A DNA stretch of 64,000 nucleotides. It comes from a bacterium. GTDB taxonomy: Bacteria > DUMJ01. Positions within the stretch are counted from its first letter, which is position 1; every line of letters begins with the position of its first letter. Shown in pieces: positions 55,932 through 64,000 of this stretch. A model generated the notes under the pieces. That model had not been told where the DNA came from. It worked only from the letters and a program-made list of their open reading frames with translations, and ran no database searches. Position numbers and translations under genes: made by a program. Where the stretch lies: assembly GCA_049970495.1 (NCBI GenBank), contig JBMFMV010000002.1:24976-88975 (forward strand). The letters run 5' to 3'.

Positions 55932-56982
55932 TTCTAGACACGCCAGCTTCTTCAAAGGTCTTCATATTATAGTATGCACTAAGAGCACAATCTATAACAA
56001 GCATCCCAATAGCAGAACCAGTGCCCTCTCCTAATCTCATATCTAGCATAAGTAGTGGTTTAAGGCCCATAAGGTCTAATGCAACTTTGTGTCCAGGTTC
56101 TTTAGAAAGATGTGAAGGTATAATATAGGGTAATACATTAGGAGTTATCTTATACGCTAATAAAGCCCCTACTGTAGAAATAAACCCATCTATTATGACA
56201 GGCTTACCTAGACTGGCACATCCAATAACCAATCCTGCTATAGCGCCAATCTCCAGTCCTCCAACTTTAGATAAGACATCTATCGGATCATTAGGGTCAG
56301 GTTTATTAAACTCTATAGCTCTTGATATAATATCTATCTTCTTTTTTATCCTTTCTTGGTCTAGCCCTGTCCCCGGTCCCACTAATAGCTCCAAAGGGGT
56401 TGAAGAGGAAAATACACTCAATATGGCAGAGCTTGGAGTAGTATTACCTATTCCCATCTCACCAGTTCCCAATATATCAAAACCCAAAGCGTTCAGCTCT
56501 TCTACTACTTTTATTCCTACCTCTATAGATTTTATAGCTGACTCTCTACTCATACTAGGACCTTTAGAAAAATCCTCGGAGCCCCTAAGGACATTGTAAT
56601 CTCTAAAAAAGGGATGGGAAGTTTCAATCTTCTTAGCAACCCCTACATCTACTACAAACACATTGGCATTGGATTTAAAAGCAATTGCATTTATCCCTGC
56701 TCCACCGGATAAAAAGTTATATACCATCTGTACAGTTACTTCTTGGGGATATGCACTTACACCACTTTTTGCTACTCCATGGTCTCCAGCCATAACAACA
56801 ATATACCTATTATCTATCTTTGGTCTATCAGTTCTCATTATCCCTGCTAGTTGAACTACAATCTCTTCCAGTCTACCCAAACTCCTAGGGGGCTTGGTAA
56901 GGTTATCCCATCTTTCCCAAGCCCTATTCTGAGAGTCTTTATCTAAGGGTCTTATATTAGATATTGCTTCGCTTAGATTCAT
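55924..56982 (-). CDS. cobT: Nicotinate-nucleotide-dimethylbenzimidazole phosphoribosyltransferase
   Basis: LTKPPRSLGRLE, GDHGV, GEMGIGNTT, MRLGEGTG. Confidence 0.97.
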   Translation of the reverse strand: MNLSEAISNIRPLDKDSQNRAWERWDNLTKPPRSLGRLEEIVVQLAGIMRTDRPKIDNRYIVVMAGDHGVAKSGVSAYPQEVTVQMVYNFLSGGAGINAIAFKSNANVFVVDVGVAKKIETSHPFFRDYNVLRGSEDFSKGPSMSRESAIKSIEVGIKVVEELNALGFDILGTGEMGIGNTTPSSAILSVFSSSTPLELLVGPGTGLDQERIKKKIDIISRAIEFNKPDPNDPIDVLSKVGGLEIGAIAGLVIGCASLGKPVIIDGFISTVGALLAYKITPNVLPYIIPSHLSKEPGHKVALDLMGLKPLLMLDMRLGEGTGSAIGMLVIDCALSAYYNMKTFEEAGVSRNV

Positions 56983-57484
56983 TCTTTACCTCCAAAGGGA
57001 TTCCTGCTATCATAAAGAATATCTTATTAGAATACTTGGCAAAGGTTTGGTTTACCCTACCAAGCAGGTCTCTATACCTCCTACCAAGCGGATACTCCGG
57101 AACAATTCCAAGACCAACCTCATTAGAGATTGCGATAACCTCTGCTTTAATATCCCTAGAGTATATGGCAATATCTTCAGACATCTTCAGTAACTCTTCG
57201 TCTGTACATATCTCTAGAAGATTTGAAACCCACATAGTGAGGCAGTCTAAGATTATAATATCAACATCGACAATACTCTTTATTGCTGAGAGCAAGTTGA
57301 TTGGTTCTTCAACTGTCTTCCAATGTGAAGGTCTCTCCTCTTTATGATGTCTTATGCGCTCATCCATCTCCTTATCTAAAGGTAAGGCAGTAGCTATAAA
57401 GGCTACCTCCTTACCTTTAGCTAAACTTAATGCAAAATTACTCTTACCGCTTCTAGCTCCACCAAGTATAAAAGTTAAACTCAT
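56957..57484 (-). CDS. cobU: Adenosylcobinamide kinase/guanylyltransferase
   Basis: GGARSGKS, DCLTMW, NEVGLG. Confidence 0.96.
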   Translation of the reverse strand: MSLTFILGGARSGKSNFALSLAKGKEVAFIATALPLDKEMDERIRHHKEERPSHWKTVEEPINLLSAIKSIVDVDIIILDCLTMWVSNLLEICTDEELLKMSEDIAIYSRDIKAEVIAISNEVGLGIVPEYPLGRRYRDLLGRVNQTFAKYSNKIFFMIAGIPLEVKNESKRSNI

Positions 57485-58377
57485 CTAAAAGCTTCCGGAT
57501 GAAGATATTTTGCTATAATCTCAAGGGCTAAGACTAACCTTGGTCCAGCCCTAAATATTATGTCATCATTTATTGTATATACTCTTTGATTCTTTACCGC
57601 TTTTAGGGTATCCCAGCCTGGTCTTTTAGCAATTTCTAAAGGATTAGCACCCATACTGGATTCTGCCCCTATAATTACATCGGGGTCTTCCTTTATAAGC
57701 TGTTCTAGACTAAAGATTGGATAAGCAGACTTTGCAGTTCCAGCAATATTTATTCCTCCTGCCTTCTTTATAATATCATCTATAAAGCTTCCAGGTCCTG
57801 CACTCATCAGTGGCTCATGCCAGAGTTCAAAAAAGACTTTAGGTTTTGTCTTTACTTTACTTACCTTACTTGTAACCTTTGCAATTCTTAGTTTCAAGTC
57901 AAAAGCTAATCTCTTAGCATTTTCTTCTGCACCAGTGATGCGTCCTATGGTATAGATTCCCTTTATTACCTCATCTATATTATGTGGATAAAAGACATAT
58001 ACAGGTATACCAAGCTGTTCAAGTTTTTCTATGACCTGTCTTTGGACCCCACCTGTAGCTACTATAAGGTCAGGTTTTAGAGAGAGAATCTTTTCTATAT
58101 TCGGATTAGCGAAATCTCCAATCTTCTCTTTAGTCTTTGCCCCCTCTGGATAATTACACCATGTAGTTACACCTACAACCTTATCTCCTAAATTTAGTGC
58201 AAAGAGTATCTCTGTTACATCTGGGGCGGTAGATATAATTCTCTTTGGCTCCTTGGAAATAGTTATCTTACGCCCTACATCATCTTTAATCGTTATAGGG
58301 AAACTACTAGCAAAAGAGAGGTTAGTTATAAGTATAAAGGATAGTATTATACTTAAAAAATATATAAACCTTTTCAT
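57481..58377 (-). CDS. btuF: Cobalamin-binding protein BtuF
   Basis: KRIISTAP, VVGVTTWCNYP, NIEKILSLKPD, RAGPR; downstream of the B12 riboswitch. Confidence 0.9.
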   Translation of the reverse strand: MKRFIYFLSIILSFILITNLSFASSFPITIKDDVGRKITISKEPKRIISTAPDVTEILFALNLGDKVVGVTTWCNYPEGAKTKEKIGDFANPNIEKILSLKPDLIVATGGVQRQVIEKLEQLGIPVYVFYPHNIDEVIKGIYTIGRITGAEENAKRLAFDLKLRIAKVTSKVSKVKTKPKVFFELWHEPLMSAGPGSFIDDIIKKAGGINIAGTAKSAYPIFSLEQLIKEDPDVIIGAESSMGANPLEIAKRPGWDTLKAVKNQRVYTINDDIIFRAGPRLVLALEIIAKYLHPEAFR

Positions 58378-58522
58378 TATCTTTCCCTCCTTAAACTAAA
58401 GAATTACTACCCCCATAATACCTCAAAAAACGAAAAGGATTTATTTCTAAAAGAATAATCTATGAAGTATTCAATCTCTCCATAATGCCAAGCCTCCTTT
58501 CCTCGAAGGATCTGGCATACAT

Positions 58523-58676
58523 CCTAATAGGCAGGTCTCCTGGCTTCCAGCACAGGTCCTACGCCTTCCCAGTTTCCCAGTGGCATCTTGTAGGACCCAT
58601 ACGCTGGTTACAGTAGCGGGACTGCAGCGGATTTTCACCGCTTTCCCTTTTAATCCCCTTAAGGGAACCTACTAGA
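58523..58676 (-). ncRNA. Cobalamin riboswitch
   Basis: Minus strand AAAAGGGAAAGCGGTGAAAATCCGC..CCCGCTACTGT..GCCACTGGGAAACTGGGAAGGC..AAGCCAGGAGACCTGCC (B12 box). Confidence 0.95.
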
Positions 58677-58697
58677 ACTATGCGTCCTTTTTAAGCT

Positions 58698-58726
58698 ATG
58701 ATACTACAATAACAAAATCGAATCAA
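58698..58726 (-). promoter_or_regulatory. Promoter of the riboswitch-btuF-cob operon
   Basis: Minus TTGATT-17-TATCAT. Confidence 0.6.
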
Positions 58727-58797
58727 GAGACTATATTTAAACAGCCTTGTATAATCTCTACAATTGCATCATACCTCTCAATTCGAAAGTCTTTCAT
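58723..58797 (-). CDS. 24-aa small ORF or truncated gene start
   Basis: AGGAGGAAAG-ATG MKDFRIERYDAIVEIIQGCLNIVS*; TATAAT at 58841-58846 (minus). Confidence 0.35.
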   Translation of the reverse strand: MKDFRIERYDAIVEIIQGCLNIVS

Positions 58798-58953
58798 CTT
58801 TCCTCCTAATAGTTTATCCTAAAGTGAGTTTATTTTTCATATTATACCAAAACGTTCCTTATAGTTACTCACTTTTTGATAGCCCCCCATATAACTTGAT
58901 ATATCTCCAATTCAGTGGTATTATCATAAAAAATATAGGGAGGGATTCAAGCC

Positions 58954-59472
58954 ATGAAGATAGATGGAAGTATTTTTTGGGGGATATTATTGGTAATCAT
59001 TGGAATATTAGTTATCTTAAAATATAGTCTTCACATTAATATCTCAATTTTTAGAATAATTTTGGCTGTAATACTTATCTATCTTGGGATTTCATTAATA
59101 TTTGGGCAGTTTAGAGTACAGAGTGGTTCTAATGTCATATTCAGTGAGAGGACTATTAAGCCTGAGACATTAGAAGAAGAGTACAATATAGTATTTGGTA
59201 GAGGCTATATAGATCTTACTGGTATTTCTCCTAGTGAATTAAATAAGTCTATAAAGATAGCTACGGTATTTGCTAATACTACATTAAAAATTGACCCTAA
59301 TATGCCTATAGAGATAGATATAGATTGTGCATTTGGGAGTACTATAACACCTGATGGAGTTAGTATCTCTTTTGGTGATCGAACCTATAGGACTCCTAGT
59401 GTAGGAAGCAATCAGTCATACCTAAAGATTAAGGCAGATACTGTGTTCGGAGTATTAGAAATAATTCAGTGA
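58954..59472 (+). CDS. LiaF-like membrane protein
   Basis: N-terminal TMs IFWGILLVIIG; beta-rich C-domain YNIVFGRGYIDL. Confidence 0.7.
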   Translation: MKIDGSIFWGILLVIIGILVILKYSLHINISIFRIILAVILIYLGISLIFGQFRVQSGSNVIFSERTIKPETLEEEYNIVFGRGYIDLTGISPSELNKSIKIATVFANTTLKIDPNMPIEIDIDCAFGSTITPDGVSISFGDRTYRTPSVGSNQSYLKIKADTVFGVLEIIQ

Positions 59473-61139
59473 GGTTGAATTCTAGAGGCTTTTTATATAT
59501 CTGGATTATAGTCAGTATTGTAATAGTTTTTATGTATCTCTTTGGAGGATTCGATAGAATAAATTACTCTATTCTAAATTATCTCTACCATCTTTCAAGT
59601 AAAGCAGAATTCTCAGAAGATATAGTGGTTATTGGTATAACGGATGAGTGTCTAGGAAAACTTGGTAGATGGCCCTGGAAGAGAAATTATTTTGTAAGAT
59701 TACTTGAGATATTAAAAGAGGAAAAAGTAAGGGCTGTAGGTGTAGATATACTCTTTGTAGAACCGGAAGGCACAGTCGATGACCAGTTGGCAGCTATCTC
59801 TAAAGGACTAAAAAGAGTAGTATATTCGGCGTATTATAACACAGAGGATGCCAGACTATATCTTCCCATTTCTAAACTTACTAAGAGTTCTTATGGGGTG
59901 GGACATATAAATGTAACACCAGAGATAAATGGATTTATCTACAGTCTCCCTGAAAGTTTACCTTATGGGGATGAAAAGATAAAGGCCTTTAGTATTAGAG
60001 TAACTGAAGCCTATCTAGATAGAACTATTAATAATCTACCCACTGAAAATGGAAATCTACTTATAAATTACACAGGTAAAAGGCCTAAGATAATACCTTT
60101 TGTTAATGTTCTAGAAAGAAAGGTTCCTAGGGAATTTTTTAAAAATAAACTGGTTTTAATAGGAATAACTGCTAAAGGGCTAGGAGATTATTTCTTGGCT
60201 CCATCATACAAAGAGCCTATTTCTGGGATAGAGATTCATGCAAATGCAGTAAATACGATAACTAAAGGGGTATTTCCTAAAAGAGTTTCAAAGACGATTG
60301 TTATAGTAATTACTCTAATAGTCACATTATCTTTCTTCCTTATGAAGGAAAAGCCTTTAAGAGTCCTCTCTATAGGTCTATTAATAATCCTTATTTCTTT
60401 CGCTAATAGCTACATAATCTTTTCAACTAAAAGAATAATATTTGATTGTTTTCCTATAATTCTTTCAACTATATCAGATGTTAGTATGACTACTCTGTAT
60501 GGATACTTCAAAGAGAAAAAAGAGAAGGATAGAATAAGGAGCATATTCCAGATGTATCTACCGCCTGAGGTTATAGAGAAACATTTAAACAATTCTGAGT
60601 TATGGAATTTAGAAGGAGAAGAGGTGGAAGTTACAGTGATGTTCATTGATATAAGCGGGTTTACTAAATTCTCTCAGGAACATAAACCTCAAGAGGTAGT
60701 AAAATTTTTGAATAGGTATTTTTCTATCGTAACAGACATCATCTTTAGGCATAGAGGAACATTAGATAAATTCATAGGTGATGGAGTAATGGTTATTTAC
60801 GGTGCTCCTATAAGATATAATGAGCATCCATTAGAAGCCTTATTATCTGCCTTTGAAATCATGGAAGCGGCTAAAAGATATGAGATATCTCTTAAAATAG
60901 GTATAAATACTGGAAATGTTATACTAGGAAATATAGGAACAGAGAAGCGGATTCAGTATACCGCTATAGGAGATACGGTAAATATGGCAGAGTATTTAGA
61001 ATCTATAGCAAATCCAGGGGAGATTATTATAGGAGAGACAACTTATAATAGGATTATAGGTACAATTAATACAGAAAGGATAGTATTAACTGGAAAGTAC
61101 GAAGGAAGGATTGCCTATAGGGTAATAGGGCATGGATAG
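59469..61139 (+). CDS. CHASE2-domain class III nucleotidyl cyclase
   Basis: CHASE2 IVVIGITD..LGRWPWKR, GIEIHANA; 3 TM; FIDISGFT, DKFIGDG, YTAIGDTVN. Confidence 0.93.
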   Translation: MRLNSRGFLYIWIIVSIVIVFMYLFGGFDRINYSILNYLYHLSSKAEFSEDIVVIGITDECLGKLGRWPWKRNYFVRLLEILKEEKVRAVGVDILFVEPEGTVDDQLAAISKGLKRVVYSAYYNTEDARLYLPISKLTKSSYGVGHINVTPEINGFIYSLPESLPYGDEKIKAFSIRVTEAYLDRTINNLPTENGNLLINYTGKRPKIIPFVNVLERKVPREFFKNKLVLIGITAKGLGDYFLAPSYKEPISGIEIHANAVNTITKGVFPKRVSKTIVIVITLIVTLSFFLMKEKPLRVLSIGLLIILISFANSYIIFSTKRIIFDCFPIILSTISDVSMTTLYGYFKEKKEKDRIRSIFQMYLPPEVIEKHLNNSELWNLEGEEVEVTVMFIDISGFTKFSQEHKPQEVVKFLNRYFSIVTDIIFRHRGTLDKFIGDGVMVIYGAPIRYNEHPLEALLSAFEIMEAAKRYEISLKIGINTGNVILGNIGTEKRIQYTAIGDTVNMAEYLESIANPGEIIIGETTYNRIIGTINTERIVLTGKYEGRIAYRVIGHG

Positions 61140-61812
61140 ACTAAACCTTTTAAAAAATATTCCTATCTTTTCTAGATTAGATAAAGAGTCATTAAAAAGG
61201 ATAGATTCCATCTCTATAGAGAAATACTACAAAAAGGGAGATATCATAATCCTACAAGATTCAACGGTAGAAGGGCTCTATATCATAAGAGAAGGTAGAG
61301 TCAAGATAAGTAGGATATCTGAGGACGGAAAGATAAAGGTATTAGCTATTCTATCATCAGGGGATATCATGGGAGAGATGTCTATATTGGACGAAGAATC
61401 AGCATCAGCTACGGCAGAAGCTATTGAAAATTCTATATTAATATTTATAAATAGAGAGGGCTTTCGGTCCATTCTAGTTAGATACCCTATAATAACTCTT
61501 AGTATAGCACAGATATTAGCTAAAAGGCTTAGACTAGCGGACAGAGAGATTGAGGAGCTCGCCTTTTATAGTGTAAAGTCTAGAGTCATTAAGATGTTAA
61601 TAGAGCTAGCAAGTAAATATGGTGAAAAGACTGACTTTGGCATAAAGATTTCTCTTAAACTTACCCACCAAGAACTAGCAGATATGTTGGGTACATCTAG
61701 AGAGACGGTTTCAAGGATAATGAGTGCCCTTGAAAAGAGACAATTAATTGTTAACGAAAAGGGTTATATTATTATAAAAGATATCGACACTCTAGAGGAT
61801 TACATCTTTTAA
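61132..61812 (+). CDS. Crp/Fnr family regulator (CRP-type recognition helix)
   Basis: cNMP domain GEMSIL; HTH LTHQELADMLGTSRETVSR. Confidence 0.95.
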   Translation: MDRLNLLKNIPIFSRLDKESLKRIDSISIEKYYKKGDIIILQDSTVEGLYIIREGRVKISRISEDGKIKVLAILSSGDIMGEMSILDEESASATAEAIENSILIFINREGFRSILVRYPIITLSIAQILAKRLRLADREIEELAFYSVKSRVIKMLIELASKYGEKTDFGIKISLKLTHQELADMLGTSRETVSRIMSALEKRQLIVNEKGYIIIKDIDTLEDYIF

Positions 61813-62450
61813 CGTTCAAAGGGATGGTTAGATTCGTCTTCTTTAGCTGATCCCTTATTCCCCGAACCGTGAGAAGAACTTTTACCTTTTTCAATATCAT
61901 CTTTTGATACCCCTTTATTCATAGTAGGAGGAGACTTCGGTCTTACTACACCAGACTCTCCTTTCTTTAGTCTGATTGTCTTTCCTTGAGCGGTCACATC
62001 AACTTCTCCCTCGTATACTGTAACAATAGTGGTTTGATCTATCAAGACCTCTACACTAAACTCAGTCCCTCTAACACCAGCTACTGCCGAAGGTGTTCTT
62101 ACCTCAAAATTAGGAAAGAGCTTAGTTATATATAATCTTATGTATCCGATAGCTAGAGAAAGATAATCTTTATATATCGATAGATCTGTGTTTTCACTTA
62201 CCTTAACTATACTCCCATCAGAGAATTTTAACTCCGCATAACTATTTTCTTTTGTTCTAAGAGAATCTCCATCATCCAATATATCTCCTTTACTTACGGG
62301 GACCCAAATATTCTGATAGTTATCTTTCTTTAACACCATCCCTTCTGCCTTAGTAACAGTAGCTCTATATGGAGATACTATGTTTACTGTACTGCCTATA
62401 ATGATAAAACTCAGTATTATTATCAAAGATATCTTGGTTATCTTTTTCAT
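61809..62450 (-). CDS. Exported FecR-domain protein
   Basis: N-terminal hydrophobic segment, GDSLRT..AELKFSDGS, VRTPSAVAGVRGTEF, VYEGEV. Confidence 0.88.
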   Translation of the reverse strand: MKKITKISLIIILSFIIIGSTVNIVSPYRATVTKAEGMVLKKDNYQNIWVPVSKGDILDDGDSLRTKENSYAELKFSDGSIVKVSENTDLSIYKDYLSLAIGYIRLYITKLFPNFEVRTPSAVAGVRGTEFSVEVLIDQTTIVTVYEGEVDVTAQGKTIRLKKGESGVVRPKSPPTMNKGVSKDDIEKGKSSSHGSGNKGSAKEDESNHPFER

Positions 62451-62466
62451 CTATCTTCACCTAAGT

Positions 62467-62493
62467 TAGGGGCAGGGATAAATCCTGCCCCTA
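62467..62493. terminator. Hairpin between the secreted-protein and FecR-domain genes
   Basis: TAGGGGCAGG...CCTGCCCCTA. Confidence 0.65.
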
Positions 62494-62504
62494 TATTTTG
62501 ATTC

Positions 62505-63041
62505 TTACTTCCTTCCGCCACTGGAGCCATGTCCTTCTTGGATATGCTGTTGTGTTTGCTGTTGGATATGTAATTGAACTTGCTGATTCTCTTGCTGATT
62601 CTGTTGATGTATTTGCTGTTGTGTCTCTTGTTGAATCTGTCCTTTATCGGAATCTTTATTCATTTCATGACGGAGATAACTTATTCCGGCAGACTCTCCT
62701 CTATCTTTCTGATTCAGAACTAACCCTAACTTAGAAAGTTTGACCCCAAAGTGATTAGCAACTTCACCCCAGCCCAAGTTATTCTCCTTTGCATAGTTTA
62801 TCACATCAGTTAGAGATGTACCGCTCTGGCTTGCTATTAAGCACATTATTGCTATCTCTCCGTAACCATACCCCTGAGCTCGTAACTCATTAATCATCTC
62901 TTCTGTGAGGAGATTACTGAATACTGAGAGCAGAGTATCCACCATCTTTCTACTTTCCAATCCAGTCTCCTCATCTGCCAGTGCCAATACAGGCAATAGA
63001 AGAATACTAACCACTAAAATGCCTACTACTAATTTTTTCAT
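62505..63041 (-). CDS. Secreted protein with GYGYGEIA/GWGEVA motifs and Gln/His-rich tail
   Basis: SD AGGAGGTG before ATG 63041; signal peptide ending ALA. Confidence 0.8.
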   Translation of the reverse strand: MKKLVVGILVVSILLLPVLALADEETGLESRKMVDTLLSVFSNLLTEEMINELRAQGYGYGEIAIMCLIASQSGTSLTDVINYAKENNLGWGEVANHFGVKLSKLGLVLNQKDRGESAGISYLRHEMNKDSDKGQIQQETQQQIHQQNQQENQQVQLHIQQQTQQHIQEGHGSSGGRK

Positions 63042-63081
63042 TTTAACATCACCTCCTAAATTTTCCAGTCTTTCCACTAAG

Positions 63082-63124
63082 ATTATACCCCCAAGTAATA
63101 TGCCTGTATGTGACGTATATCACA
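63082..63124 (-). promoter_or_regulatory. Class II CRP-dependent promoter
   Basis: TGTGA-CGTATA-TCACA at 63109-63124; TATAAT on the minus strand at 63087-63082; no -35 consensus; site centre about -41.5. Confidence 0.85.
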
Positions 63125-63143
63125 ATGTGATAATATATATTCT

Positions 63144-64000
63144 ATGGATAAGATTATAAGGACTTACGGTAATCTAATAAGAAGGAATCTTCATAAACCT
63201 GAACTAGTTAAACGCTTAGTAAGATTGGGCTTAGAGGTAGGAAAGATCTGGGTAGACCATGTAGGAGATAAGAACACGCCAAAATCACTAAGGTATCTGA
63301 ATAGTATCTGTTTTCAGTTTATCCTAGAACCTTTGAGAAATCCAGAGAATAGTGGATTTGTAAATCTCTTTGCTCCAACCGAAATCCTTCATGCAATGGA
63401 TATATATCCCCTATTTATAGAGGCATACTCTTCATTTGTATCTGGCTTTTACTGCGAGGATACATTTATAGATAAGGCATCAGTAGAAGGTATATCTGAT
63501 ACTCTCTGTAGTTATCACAAGACATTCCTAGGTGCGTTAGAATTATCTGTCTTACCAAGGCTTAAATTTGCAGTCACCTCTTCTATCCTCTGTGACGGTA
63601 ATTCTAATACATTCAAGTATATTGCTAATAAGTATAAGATTCCATATTTTATAATAGATGTTCCCTATAATTACAACGACGAAGCGGTAAGGTATGTTGT
63701 TAGTCAGCTAAAAGAGATGATATCTATAGTAGAGTCTGCAGTTAGAAAGAGATTAGATATAGATAGACTTAGAGAAGTGATTCGTCTAGAAAATGAGACA
63801 AGGAGATACTTAAAGAGATATATAGAAACTCTTAAGAGCCATACAATGCCTAACTCCATTACCCTAGAGATGTATAAGTTATTTGTTACCCATCCTTATA
63901 TTGGAAGGGAAGAACCACTTGAGTTCTTTAGACTCCTAGCAGAAGATGTTAAACAGTACCCAAAAGATGGCTATAGAATATTTTGGGTACAAATTCTACC
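63144..64000 (+). CDS. 2-hydroxyacyl-CoA dehydratase subunit (HgdA/B-like), partial
   Basis: Open frame to the window end: NLFAPTEILHAMDI, DTLCSYHK, ILCDGN, FIIDVP; missing from the ORF track. Confidence 0.88.
   Translation, partial: MDKIIRTYGNLIRRNLHKPELVKRLVRLGLEVGKIWVDHVGDKNTPKSLRYLNSICFQFILEPLRNPENSGFVNLFAPTEILHAMDIYPLFIEAYSSFVSGFYCEDTFIDKASVEGISDTLCSYHKTFLGALELSVLPRLKFAVTSSILCDGNSNTFKYIANKYKIPYFIIDVPYNYNDEAVRYVVSQLKEMISIVESAVRKRLDIDRLREVIRLENETRRYLKRYIETLKSHTMPNSITLEMYKLFVTHPYIGREEPLEFFRLLAEDVKQYPKDGYRIFWVQIL

Noticed and set aside
58764..59027. 87-aa plus-strand ORF
   Set aside because: TTG start without SD; spans promoter DNA and overlaps the LiaF-like gene out of frame
63126..63141. 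Second CRP site (TGTGA at 63126-63130)
   Set aside because: Second half-site absent (ATATT instead of TCACA)
62498..63159. Plus-strand ORFs 62498-62734 and 62905-63159
   Set aside because: Antisense to the Gln-rich secreted protein and the CRP promoter; the hydrophobic look is the mirror of CAA/CAG repeats

Overview
AT-rich bacterial chromosomal window. The gene content (flavodiiron protein, HdrA-like domain, 2-hydroxyacyl-CoA dehydratase, many family-5 ABC solute-binding proteins, GH4/GH51) suggests a saccharolytic anaerobe, possibly Dictyoglomota-like; this placement is inference only. It holds about 62 genes: a dipeptide ABC/fprA/MCP run, an ArsR-ferredoxin-HdrA-like-hydantoinase-abfA run, two oligosaccharide/peptide ABC loci, hpt, an L,D-transpeptidase, larEBC, lemA-htpX, an HD-GYP protein, murF, a polyol/ketose catabolic cluster, a CUT2 sugar ABC transporter, cspA, a serpin, and a B12-riboswitch-controlled btuF-cobU-cobT-cobS-cobC salvage operon. 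I saw no rRNA, tRNA, CRISPR array or intact mobile element. The most interesting items are: (1) a self-contained CHASE2-cyclase/CRP/FecR-domain/secreted-protein module with a perfect class II CRP site, in which both the cyclase and the CRP lack their conserved Arg; (2) a candidate anti-Shine-Dalgarno sRNA behind six 11-bp-phased TTAA boxes; (3) a cytidylate-kinase-like/PD-(D/E)XK fusion coupled to hpt; (4) an in-frame membrane anchor hidden behind the serpin stop codon; (5) leaderless regulators and several gene remnants. All family calls come from motif recognition by eye, not from database searches.
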